Positions 30,732 to 40,537 of a DNA stretch of 64,000 nt are shown here, in pieces (within the stretch, counting starts at the first letter, position 1; every line of letters starts with the position of its first letter). Below the pieces are notes generated by a model, which worked only from the letters and a program-made list of their open reading frames with translations, was not told the DNA's origin and searched no databases. Position numbers and translations under genes: made by a program. The DNA is from Spirochaetia bacterium (lineage in GTDB: Bacteria; Spirochaetota; Spirochaetia; CADAEX01). The stretch is from positions 1 to 64,000 of the forward strand of contig CAXXHA010000036.1 in the NCBI GenBank assembly GCA_963662265.2, given 5' to 3'.

Positions 30732-31847
30732 ATGTCAGATTTTATCAGTGATGCTGTTGTACTGATTGTTGATGATACTCCGCAGAATATTGATATATTA
30801 CTTGAATCTCTGGGAGATTTGTATTCTATCCAGGTTGCAGTCAACGGTAAAGAGGCTCTTGAAGCAGTAGCGGAAGATCCTCCCGATTTAATACTTCTGG
30901 ATGTTCTGATGCCGGAAATTAACGGTTATGAAGTATGCCGTAGGCTGAAGAATGATTTCCCGGCTGCTGATATCCCGGTGATTTTTCTCACAGCTCTTTC
31001 TGAAATGGATCAGAAAACAAAGGGGTTTGAACTGGGCGCTGTTGATTTCATTACAAAACCATTTGATATCCGTGAAGTTAAAGCCCGAGTAAAGACACAT
31101 CTTGTAAATAAATTCGCAGGTGATTTCCTTAAAAATCAGAACAGTTTTCTTGAAACAATGGTGAAAAAAAGAACCTTTCAGATAGAAAATATCCAGAATG
31201 TCACAATACGGATGGCTGCTTCTCTGGCGGAAACACGCGACAATGAAACAGGTGATCATATCAAGCGTACTCAAAAGTATGTTGCCGCATTTTTAAATAT
31301 GCTGTCAGAAGAAAACTTATACCCGGAATATATAAATGAAGAAAGCATTGATCTGATGATCAAGTCGGCCCCTCTTCATGATATAGGGAAAATCGGGGTT
31401 GCTGACAAAATACTTCTGAAACCGGGAAAACTCACCAATGAAGAGTTTGATGAGATGAAAAAACATACAATTTACGGGAATGAATCTCTGCTCAGGGCTG
31501 AAGAGGAGATTAAAGATGAATCATTTCTCCGCTTTGCCAGGGAAATAGCTTATACACATCATGAGAAGTGGGACGGGTCGGGATACCCTGAAGGGGTATC
31601 TGGTGACGAAATACCTCTTTCGGGACGAATAATGGCAATTGCAGATGTTTATGATGCTTTGATTTCAAAACGGGTGTATAAACCGCCTTTTACACACAGC
31701 AAAGCTGTTTCTATTATAAATGAAGGGAAGGGGCATCATTTTGATCCCGTTCTTATTGAATGTTTTGGCAAAATTGAAGAATCATTCAGGCAGATTGCTC
31801 TTGAGTATGTAGAGAGTGATGATGAACGGGAAGCATTATTAAGATAA
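30732..31847 (+). CDS. RpfG-like REC-HD-GYP c-di-GMP phosphodiesterase 2
   Basis: REC; ETGDH, PLHDIGK, HHEKWDGSGYP, ADVYDAL. Confidence 0.93.
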   Translation: MSDFISDAVVLIVDDTPQNIDILLESLGDLYSIQVAVNGKEALEAVAEDPPDLILLDVLMPEINGYEVCRRLKNDFPAADIPVIFLTALSEMDQKTKGFELGAVDFITKPFDIREVKARVKTHLVNKFAGDFLKNQNSFLETMVKKRTFQIENIQNVTIRMAASLAETRDNETGDHIKRTQKYVAAFLNMLSEENLYPEYINEESIDLMIKSAPLHDIGKIGVADKILLKPGKLTNEEFDEMKKHTIYGNESLLRAEEEIKDESFLRFAREIAYTHHEKWDGSGYPEGVSGDEIPLSGRIMAIADVYDALISKRVYKPPFTHSKAVSIINEGKGHHFDPVLIECFGKIEESFRQIALEYVESDDEREALLR

Positions 31848-31879
31848 AAACACAAAGGTAAAATATGTATTTATATGAT

Positions 31880-34800
31880 ATGAAAAAAACAACTCTTCAT
31901 GTGATAATGCTTTTTGTCATATTTGGTACAGGAACTGTTTTTCCGCAGGAAAAGTCCATTTCCAGCTGCAGCGGAGGAATGATTCAGGCAGGGGAGGAAA
32001 GGCAATGGGTAAAAGCAGGATTTTCCGGAAATGCTGCAGATGAAGTACCTGATTATGAGAACAGATCAATACAGGAAAAATGGTTATCAGTATTTGAATT
32101 AAAAGATATTTATGCGGGGGAAAGCAGTGGTAATAAACCTGTTATATTCAGGGTGTTTATCCTGGTAACACTGTTTCTTCTGGCAATATTCCTGTTCCAG
32201 GGATTTCTTAAAAAGAAAAGCAGCGAAAGTGTTAAATTCGATATAAGGCGGATGAGAATTACTACTCTTGTGATACTGGCTTTCTGTATGACATGTATTC
32301 TTACAATAACAATATATTCAGTCAGAAATATCAGAAATAATGCTGTAGAAAAAGTGCATGATAATCTTGATGTTGTTCTGTCTACTGTAACTGAAGTTCT
32401 TACAAGCTGGATTGACAAAAATCTTACCCAGGTCCGGATGGAAACCCAGAAAGAAGATTTTGTCTCTCGTGTAAGTAATATAACTGCTGTCCCGTCTGAC
32501 AGGGAAACATTACTGAAAAGTGAAGAACTCAGGAATTTCCGGGATTATTTTTCACGGGAAAATCCGTATTCCTTTTCCGAAGGTTTTTTTATAATATCGG
32601 ATGACGGGATTAATATTGCGTCACACGATGATGAAAGCATAGGCAGGGCCAATTTTGTATTTAAAAACCGTCCTGAACTTCTGGAACTCGCATTTCTCGG
32701 AAAAAGCATGTTTATTCCCCCTGTTCTCAGAGAAGCAGATGGCTGGTCTCCCGGTTCATGCAGTCAATCCTGCCTGTTCTATGCTGTTCCTGTTTTAAAT
32801 TCGGAAAACAATGTTATTGCTGTAATGATACAAAGAGAAGATCCTGAAAAGGATTTCGGAAGATTCTGCAGGATGGGAAGAATTGGAGAAAGCGGTGAAA
32901 CCTATGCATTTGACAGAAATGGTTTTATGCTTACAAACAGCCGTTTTGATGATCAGCTTCTTTCAATAGGTTTGCTGAAAGAGGGATCAGTCAGCGCTCT
33001 GAATATACAGCTCAGGGATCCTGGTGTTAATCTGCTTGAGGGGGAAAACAGCCCTTTAAACAGAGATGATCAGCCGTTTACCTTAATGTTCAGACATGCT
33101 TCAAGCAGCGAATTCGGTTATAACATCGAGGGGTACCGCGATTACCGGGGAGTTGATGTTTTCGGTGCCTGGCGATGGTTTGATGAATATAATTTCGGTA
33201 TTGCATCGGAAATAGATATTACAGATGCTTTGAGTTCCTATTCCACGATACAGACTGCAATTTATATTATCATTGCAATAGCCTTTTTCCTTGCTTCGGG
33301 AACAACACTTTTCAGTATTCATACAGGCGAAAGGGCGAATAAGTCGCTCTCAGAGGCAAATGAAAATCTTGAAAAGAGAGTTGCTATGCGGACTGCAGAA
33401 CTTTCAGAAGCAAGAAACAAGACAGAGGCAATTCTTGAGGCTTCAACAAACGGAATAATCACTATTGACGAAAAAGGGATTATTGAAACTTTCAATCCGG
33501 CAGCAGAACATATTTTCGGCTACAGTAAAGATGAAGTTATAGGGCAGAATGTGAAAATCCTGATGCCTTTGGAGTATTCCGAAAAACATGACGGGTATCT
33601 CGGTAATTATATTGATACAGGAATAAAGATGGCTATAGGGCGAAGGTTTGAAAAAGAGGGACTGCGGAAATCCGGACAGCTGATACCTCTTGAAATAGGC
33701 ATTAATGAAGTACATCTTAAAGACAGGCGTCTTTTTACTGCAATTATGAATGATATTTCCGAGAGGAAAGCTTCTGAAGAAGCTCTTATAACGGCTAAAA
33801 GAAACAATGAATTTGCAGCAGAGACAGCAGGTCTTGCCTACTGGGAACAGGATTTAACAGAAAAAACATTTACTGTTAATGACAGTTTTTTCAAGCTTGC
33901 TGATACAAGTTATGTTAGGGAAGGCTGTTATGTTTATCCTGTCAATGAATTCCTTGACCAGTTTGTATATCATGGAGACCTTGACAAGGTTGTTGAAAAA
34001 TTTTTAGAAGCTGAAAAAACAACATCAGACATTGCAGATCAGTTTGAATACCGGCTGGTCCTCCGGAGCGGAGGATTCAGGTACGGGTATATGAAATATT
34101 TTGTGATTCATGACAGCCATGGAAATGCTGTTAAAATTACAGGAATACATCTTGATATTACAGAAAGAAAAAAAATAGAAATGGAGCTTGCAGAGGCAAA
34201 AGAAGCAGCTGAAGCAGCGGCAAAGATAAAGTCTGATTTTCTCGCAAATATGAGCCATGAAATAAGGACTCCTATGAATGCTATCATCGGGCTGTCCCAT
34301 CTTATAAGCAAAACAAGGCTTACGAAAAAGCAGGAAGATTATATCCATAAAATATTCGGCTCTGCCCACAATCTGCTTGGCATTATAAATGATATTCTGG
34401 ATTTTTCAAAAATAGAAGCTGGAAAGCTTGCTATGGAATCAGTTGATTTTGATCTTAATGAAGTTTTTGATAATCTTGGCAACATGATAGCGGGAAAGGC
34501 ATATGATAAGAAACTGGAGCTTGTATTTCATGTAAATACAGATGTTCCTGTGAAACTTGTCGGTGATCCTCTCCGCCTGGGGCAGGTGCTGCTGAACCTT
34601 GCAAATAATGCTGTCAAATTCACCGAAGCAGGTGAAATTGCTGTATCTGCTGAACTTGTGAATCTTGAAAACAATGAAGCTGAAATAAAATTCATAGTCC
34701 GTGATACAGGGATCGGACTCACAGAAGATCAGATGAACACCCTTTTTCAGGCTTTTTCCCAGGCAGATACTTCAACAACCAGAAAATACGGAGGGACCGG

Positions 34801-36409
34801 ACTGGGGCTTTCGATCAGTAAGAAGCTTTCTGAAATGATGGGCGGCCGTATCTGGGTTGAGAGTATATTCGGCGAAGGTTCAACATTTTATTTTACCGGA
34901 AAATATAAAGTCAGGCATGTTGAAACACATAAGATTTTTCCGGCAGGACTCCGCGGTCTTGATGTTCTGATTGCTGATGATAATTCCACCAGCCAGAAAG
35001 TTCTACTTGAATATTTGAAGGATTTTGAATTGAATCCTGTTGCGGTGGATAATGGCACAGAAGCTGTTCAGATAATCAGGAAGAGACTGGAAGATGGAGT
35101 TAAGGGGTTTGATCTTGTGCTTCTGGATTTCAGCATGCCTGGTCTTAATGGATTTCAGACAGCTGAAAAAATAAATGAAATACTGGGTAAGAATGAAAGG
35201 CCGAGATATATACTTGTAACAGGATTTGGCCGTGATGAAGTTATCAATGGTATTGAAAGATACGGGTTTGAAGGATTCCTTCTGAAACCGGTCAATCAGT
35301 CGCTCCTGTTCAATACAATTATGCAGGCTTTCGGCCGTGAAAGAAAAGATACAGGAAAAACAATAACAGAAAAATTTCCGAACGGCTTTGACAGCATCAG
35401 GGGCGCTGAAATACTTCTTGTAGAGGATAATGAAATCAATCAGCAGGTAGCAAGGGAGGTGCTTGAAAGGGAAGGTTTCTCTGTTGATGTTGCTGATAAT
35501 GGGGAGATTTCTCTTGAGATGCTGTCTGAAAAAAAATATGACCTGGTATTGATGGATCTGCAGATGCCTGTAATGGGGGGAGTCGAGGCAACAGGAGAGA
35601 TCAGGAAGAATGATGAATTTAAAGAACTCCCTGTTATTGCAATGACTGCAGATGCAATGTCAGGGGTCAGGGAAATGGTCCTTGAAAAAGGGATGAATGA
35701 CTATATTACAAAACCTATTGAGCCGTATTTTCTATGGAAAACAATGGTTAAATGGATTGTGCCGGGAGAAGGGAAATTTTCTGATATCAACAGAATGGAG
35801 AGACCTTCTGAGGAAGCAGGGGAAATTCCTGAAATTGATGGGCTTGATATCAATTCCGGATTAAACCGGATGTCCGGTAATTTCGAGCTTTATAAAAATC
35901 TTCTGATAAAGTTTTTCAGGGAATATACAGATTTAAGCATGATAATTTCTGAAGATGCGGAAAACGGCCGAACAGATGATGCTGTAAGGACTGCCCATTC
36001 TGTTAAGGGGGTGTCTGGTAATCTTGGCGCGACAAAGATCCAGGTTAAAATGGCTGATATCGAGAACAAGCTTAAAAACAGTAAAGATTACAGAGACGAT
36101 CTTTCTGAGGCTGAATCAATGATTCGTAATCTCGCTGAAAAGGCTGAAAAAGCAGGGCTTCTTGAAAACCAGGAGGAGCCTTCAGATAAAAGTATGGAGA
36201 TTTCCAGGGAAGAGCTTACTGCCAGGCTGACAATAGCTGTCGACTCTCTTTCAAGGAGAAAGCCCAGGACTGCTATTACTGTGCTTGAAGAGCTGGGAAA
36301 GTGTGATTTTGACAAAGAAACCGGGGAAAAACTATCTGAAGCAAGGACTCTTCTTGCAAGATACAGGATGAAAGAGGCTTCAGAGCTGCTCAGGGGTATA
36401 ATAGGCTAG
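31880..36409 (+). CDS. Membrane hybrid histidine kinase (Cache-like periplasmic domain, 2xPAS, HisKA, HATPase, 2xREC, Hpt)
   Basis: TM segments; GESGETY...YRDYRGVDVFGAW; PAS (FNPAAE.IFGY); SHEIRTPMN; HSVKGVSGNLG; start 31865 or 31880. Confidence 0.92.
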   Translation: MKKTTLHVIMLFVIFGTGTVFPQEKSISSCSGGMIQAGEERQWVKAGFSGNAADEVPDYENRSIQEKWLSVFELKDIYAGESSGNKPVIFRVFILVTLFLLAIFLFQGFLKKKSSESVKFDIRRMRITTLVILAFCMTCILTITIYSVRNIRNNAVEKVHDNLDVVLSTVTEVLTSWIDKNLTQVRMETQKEDFVSRVSNITAVPSDRETLLKSEELRNFRDYFSRENPYSFSEGFFIISDDGINIASHDDESIGRANFVFKNRPELLELAFLGKSMFIPPVLREADGWSPGSCSQSCLFYAVPVLNSENNVIAVMIQREDPEKDFGRFCRMGRIGESGETYAFDRNGFMLTNSRFDDQLLSIGLLKEGSVSALNIQLRDPGVNLLEGENSPLNRDDQPFTLMFRHASSSEFGYNIEGYRDYRGVDVFGAWRWFDEYNFGIASEIDITDALSSYSTIQTAIYIIIAIAFFLASGTTLFSIHTGERANKSLSEANENLEKRVAMRTAELSEARNKTEAILEASTNGIITIDEKGIIETFNPAAEHIFGYSKDEVIGQNVKILMPLEYSEKHDGYLGNYIDTGIKMAIGRRFEKEGLRKSGQLIPLEIGINEVHLKDRRLFTAIMNDISERKASEEALITAKRNNEFAAETAGLAYWEQDLTEKTFTVNDSFFKLADTSYVREGCYVYPVNEFLDQFVYHGDLDKVVEKFLEAEKTTSDIADQFEYRLVLRSGGFRYGYMKYFVIHDSHGNAVKITGIHLDITERKKIEMELAEAKEAAEAAAKIKSDFLANMSHEIRTPMNAIIGLSHLISKTRLTKKQEDYIHKIFGSAHNLLGIINDILDFSKIEAGKLAMESVDFDLNEVFDNLGNMIAGKAYDKKLELVFHVNTDVPVKLVGDPLRLGQVLLNLANNAVKFTEAGEIAVSAELVNLENNEAEIKFIVRDTGIGLTEDQMNTLFQAFSQADTSTTRKYGGTGLGLSISKKLSEMMGGRIWVESIFGEGSTFYFTGKYKVRHVETHKIFPAGLRGLDVLIADDNSTSQKVLLEYLKDFELNPVAVDNGTEAVQIIRKRLEDGVKGFDLVLLDFSMPGLNGFQTAEKINEILGKNERPRYILVTGFGRDEVINGIERYGFEGFLLKPVNQSLLFNTIMQAFGRERKDTGKTITEKFPNGFDSIRGAEILLVEDNEINQQVAREVLEREGFSVDVADNGEISLEMLSEKKYDLVLMDLQMPVMGGVEATGEIRKNDEFKELPVIAMTADAMSGVREMVLEKGMNDYITKPIEPYFLWKTMVKWIVPGEGKFSDINRMERPSEEAGEIPEIDGLDINSGLNRMSGNFELYKNLLIKFFREYTDLSMIISEDAENGRTDDAVRTAHSVKGVSGNLGATKIQVKMADIENKLKNSKDYRDDLSEAESMIRNLAEKAEKAGLLENQEEPSDKSMEISREELTARLTIAVDSLSRRKPRTAITVLEELGKCDFDKETGEKLSEARTLLARYRMKEASELLRGIIG

Positions 36410-36470
36410 AGAAACTGGTATTAAAATACAATAAAAATCGGGGAAGCAGTTGATCCAGAAAGGATGAATT

Positions 36471-36821
36471 ATGATTTTAATAGTAGATGATACACCTTCT
36501 AATATTGATATTGTCATGGAAATAATAGGTGAAATTGATGATGTTGCTGTTGCTCTTGACGGAGAAGAAGCACTAGAAATTATCAAAGAGGATATTCCCG
36601 ATATTGTTCTTCTTGATATTGTAATGCCTGGAATAGATGGTTTTGAAGTATGCAGAAGAATTAAGGGAAATCCTGATACGGAAAAAATAGCTGTAATATT
36701 TCTTTCGGGAGATGGGGCTGAAGAGGAGAAGTCAAAAGCCGGAGAAATTGGAGCCTCCGGTTTTCTTGAAAAGCCGATTGATCCTGAAAAACTGCTTGCA
36801 GCAGTAAAAGCTTTTATATGA
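36471..36821 (+). CDS. Single-domain response regulator (REC only)
   Basis: VDD, LLDIVMP, FLS, KP; 116 aa. Confidence 0.9.
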   Translation: MILIVDDTPSNIDIVMEIIGEIDDVAVALDGEEALEIIKEDIPDIVLLDIVMPGIDGFEVCRRIKGNPDTEKIAVIFLSGDGAEEEKSKAGEIGASGFLEKPIDPEKLLAAVKAFI

Positions 36822-36896
36822 AAAGAATATTGAGAAGAGATGCCTGATATGTTTTCCAGCTGAGAGTGGAATTCATATATAATTACCATATCATTC

Positions 36897-36925
36897 TTGA
36901 CTTCTGAAAATCATAATCCTATCCT
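36897..36925 (+). promoter_or_regulatory. Putative sigma70 promoter of the SBP/GGDEF-EAL operon
   Basis: TTGACT-17 nt-TATCCT. Confidence 0.5.
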
Positions 36926-36963
36926 TAAATTTAACTGTAAAATAATTAAAAAAGGGTTGTTGA

Positions 36964-37923
36964 ATGCCGGTTCTGTTTAAATCTAAATACTGCATTATTT
37001 GTCTTCTAGTAATTCTCACCTGTACTGTGCTGCTTTCAGGATGTTTTTCAGAATCCGGAAAAAAAGAAGCGGAAAAAGATGCCGGGTTAAACAGCCCGGT
37101 TTATTCTGATTCCGTAAGCGGCAAAAAACTTGTGATAGGTGATGTTTCAGATGAGCCTACTAAAAAAATAAGAAGGTATCAGCCTTTTGCTGAATATATT
37201 GTTTCAGAAGACAGAATTCCCGGATACGGCATCGGAGAAGTATATGTAACAGATTCACTGGAAAAAATGACAGAGGAATTTGAAAAAGGCAATGTCCACA
37301 TAATTATTGAGGGAGCTTACAATGCCCTGAAAATAGCTGATAAGGCAGGGGCCTGCCGGATACTTCTGAACAACAAGGAGGGGCTGATATTTTTCAAAAG
37401 TTATTTTATAGCACTCAAAGATTCTCCCTGCAGCAGCCTTGAAGATCTGGGCGGTAAAACACTGGCTCTTGAAGATACCGAGTCCACATCAGGTTATTTC
37501 CTGCCGATTCTTGAACTTCAGAAAAACAATTTCAATGTTTCCGGTTTGAACGGAAATAATGAATATCTCAAGACAGTACTATCAGGCGAGGATGAAATAA
37601 TTATTCAGGATCTTTTTGACATGAGGGCGGATGCCGGGGTGTATTCTGAATATGATTTCGAAGAACTTAATAAAAATGTCAGGGAAAAGCTTAAAGTCAT
37701 ACATGTTACAGAAGCGCTTCCGCGGAGTCTTCTTATTCTTTCCCCTGCATTGAGTAAATCCGACTGTGAAAGGATTTCTGATACCTTACTTGAGTTGAGT
37801 AATTCTGAACAGGGAAAATCCATGCTTGAACATATCAACTCTGATGGTTTTTATTCTGTCAGGGATTTCAGCATTGCGGAAAATAATCTTGATTTATTAA
37901 TGGAAAAAGCCGGTGAAATATGA
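36964..37923 (+). CDS. PhnD-like phosphate/phosphonate-binding lipoprotein
   Basis: LLSGC lipobox; LEDLGGKTLA...STSGYFLP; no permease or ATPase adjacent. Confidence 0.8.
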   Translation: MPVLFKSKYCIICLLVILTCTVLLSGCFSESGKKEAEKDAGLNSPVYSDSVSGKKLVIGDVSDEPTKKIRRYQPFAEYIVSEDRIPGYGIGEVYVTDSLEKMTEEFEKGNVHIIIEGAYNALKIADKAGACRILLNNKEGLIFFKSYFIALKDSPCSSLEDLGGKTLALEDTESTSGYFLPILELQKNNFNVSGLNGNNEYLKTVLSGEDEIIIQDLFDMRADAGVYSEYDFEELNKNVREKLKVIHVTEALPRSLLILSPALSKSDCERISDTLLELSNSEQGKSMLEHINSDGFYSVRDFSIAENNLDLLMEKAGEI

Positions 37924-40348
37924 ATTAAGAAAATGGATAAGCAATAAATACAACTCATTCCAGTACAGGGTACTGATGATCTTTTTTTCTGTACTGATGC
38001 CTGTCATGATGGTGATATTTATAATTACTGCCGCAAACGAGGTGAGTTTTTACAACAATTATATCAATGAGACAGGGCATTTTTTTGCAGATGTAATAGA
38101 AAACAGTATCAGCGACAGCCTCTATTTCAAGGAATATTTCAGGATAGGGGATATTTTTGACAAAACAGTTATGAATTCGGACTACACATCCTGCAGAATT
38201 TACGACAGAAGAGGTATTCTTATTGCCAACAGCAATAATGATATTTCTGAATTTAATTTTGCTCCGGAACAGGAAGGGCTTGATGTTTTAAACAGTTCTG
38301 AAAATTATGTAACGGAAAATTCTGACAATTATATATTCTCAAGGAAAGTTGTTCTCGGAAACCAGGTCCTGGGGGCGATTGTTATTGATTTTTCCCGGAA
38401 GCATATAAACAGCGGAATCAGAAAGATTCTGTCAGTACTTTTAATTGCAGATATTATTATTTTTATTGCAGGGACTCTTCTGTTTTCCAGGTTTGCAAAA
38501 AGCATAAGCAGACCTATCATGAAGCTTTCAGAAGCTGTCCGGTCCTATAGAAACAGGAATTTTGATCTTGAGTTTGAATATAACGGAATCAGCGAGATTG
38601 GCGATTTTTCCAGAGCTCTCAGGGATATGGCGGCTGAACTGAAAGGGAATTTCATCGAACTTAAAAAAAGCGATGAGAGGTTTAATCTTGCTGTCTCAGG
38701 TGCAAATACCGGTATATGGGATTACCAGCCGGAAACAGGGCAGCTTTATATGTCTCCCAGGATGAAGGAAATATTTTTTATTTCCCCGGATACAGAACTT
38801 GAGTCTATAGATGAATGGTTTGAAAGAATTATAGAATTTGACAGGGATAAAATTAAAAAAGCCTTTAATGATTACATCTCAGGGGAAACTGATGAATTTA
38901 AAACTGATTACAGGATAAAGGATCTAGACGGGGGATTTAAATGGGTTTCAACTACAGGGAAAGGTCTGTTTGATGATAAAAATGTATGCACAAGGATTGC
39001 AGGATCCCTTACAGATATAAGCAGCCAGAAAGAATCGGAAGAGGAACTTATAAAGGCTGCCCTTTACGATCCCCTCACCAAACTTCCCAACAGGGCACTC
39101 CTTCTGGAGCGGCTTAAAAATGCTGTTGATATTAATAAAAGAAACCATGACTGGCATTTTGCCCTCCTCTATCTTGATTATGACGGTTTTAAAGGGGTAA
39201 ACGATACATACGGGCATGTGGTAGGGGATCTTCTTCTTAAATCAATAGCGGAAAGACTTCTTGACTGTGTGCGGGACCAGGATCTTGTCTGCAGGATAGG
39301 GGGGGATGAATTTGTTATTCTCCTTGAAGACTGCGACTGCTGGAAGGATGTTGTTGAACGTGTTCAGCATGTATCGGAGAGTGAATTTGTAGTAAACAAT
39401 TATTCAATATTTCTGTCTGCAAGCATCGGGGTTGCTTCCGATGATGTTGATTTTCTGACAATAGAGGATCTTGTTCAATACAGCGATGTTGCAATGTACA
39501 AGGCGAAAAAAGAGAAGAAAGGTTCATATACAGTATACAGGAAAGACATGCATCTTCAGATCCGCAACAAGTGGCAGCTGGAATATGAACTGCATAAGGC
39601 TCCGGGAAATAATGAACTTTACCTTGTCTATCAGCCGATTGTTGAAATGTATGACAGGAGAATAGGGGAGTGTGAATCTCTGCTCCGCTGGAACCATTCT
39701 TCAAAGGGATTTGTATCTCCTTCCGATTTTCTTCCTCTTGCCGAAGATTCAGGTTTTATAACTTCAATAACAGACTGGGTACTTGATGAGCTTACAAATA
39801 TGCTGAGTAAGGCTGAATATTTTGATACCGGAATAAGGTTTGCCGTCAATATCTCTTCAAAGGATTTTATTGAAAATCCTGATATTTACAGCCGGCTGGA
39901 AAGATTTATAAAGCATTTCCCCTCTCTTTCGAAGCGGCTTGATATTGAGGTTACAGAAACTTCACTCATGAGTAATTTTGAAAAATGCAAGAGACAGCTT
40001 CACGGGATACGGGAGCTGGGTATCAGGGTAAAGCTTGATGATTTCGGGACAGGTTTTTCTTCAATGAGCTATCTTCATAATTTCCCCCTGGACAGCATAA
40101 AAATCGACAGATCGTTTATCATGACTCTTCCTGAAGATAAGGATAACCTGAGTATTCTCCGCCACCTGATAAACCTGTCGCATGATCTCGGGTATAATGT
40201 AATTGCGGAAGGTGTTGAAACTGATGATCAGCACGAAATACTTAAAGATCTCGGATGTGATAAGGGGCAGGGATTTTTATATTCACGGCCTGTTAATTTT
40301 TCAAGGTTTAGGCAGCTCCTGTCAGGAGTGAACCAGAAAGCAATCTGA
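37913..40348 (+). CDS. Membrane HAMP-PAS-GGDEF-EAL protein
   Basis: Two TM segments, HAMP, PAS, RDQD I-site + GGDEF, ESLLRW, DDFGTGFSS, KID, AEGVE, QG. Confidence 0.93.
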   Translation: MKYELRKWISNKYNSFQYRVLMIFFSVLMPVMMVIFIITAANEVSFYNNYINETGHFFADVIENSISDSLYFKEYFRIGDIFDKTVMNSDYTSCRIYDRRGILIANSNNDISEFNFAPEQEGLDVLNSSENYVTENSDNYIFSRKVVLGNQVLGAIVIDFSRKHINSGIRKILSVLLIADIIIFIAGTLLFSRFAKSISRPIMKLSEAVRSYRNRNFDLEFEYNGISEIGDFSRALRDMAAELKGNFIELKKSDERFNLAVSGANTGIWDYQPETGQLYMSPRMKEIFFISPDTELESIDEWFERIIEFDRDKIKKAFNDYISGETDEFKTDYRIKDLDGGFKWVSTTGKGLFDDKNVCTRIAGSLTDISSQKESEEELIKAALYDPLTKLPNRALLLERLKNAVDINKRNHDWHFALLYLDYDGFKGVNDTYGHVVGDLLLKSIAERLLDCVRDQDLVCRIGGDEFVILLEDCDCWKDVVERVQHVSESEFVVNNYSIFLSASIGVASDDVDFLTIEDLVQYSDVAMYKAKKEKKGSYTVYRKDMHLQIRNKWQLEYELHKAPGNNELYLVYQPIVEMYDRRIGECESLLRWNHSSKGFVSPSDFLPLAEDSGFITSITDWVLDELTNMLSKAEYFDTGIRFAVNISSKDFIENPDIYSRLERFIKHFPSLSKRLDIEVTETSLMSNFEKCKRQLHGIRELGIRVKLDDFGTGFSSMSYLHNFPLDSIKIDRSFIMTLPEDKDNLSILRHLINLSHDLGYNVIAEGVETDDQHEILKDLGCDKGQGFLYSRPVNFSRFRQLLSGVNQKAI

Positions 40349-40537
40349 AAACATGTTGTACACGGGACACTGGTAATACTTTAATCTCTTGTAAGCGGCA
40401 ATACTTTCAAATCACAGATGAAAAAACTCTGCCTGTATCTGTGTGAAAATAATACTGGCCAAAAGTAGATTCCGGAAAACTGCCTGAAAACAATTAACTG
40501 ATTGCGTTTTTATTCTCCCCCCTATATTATTCAAACT

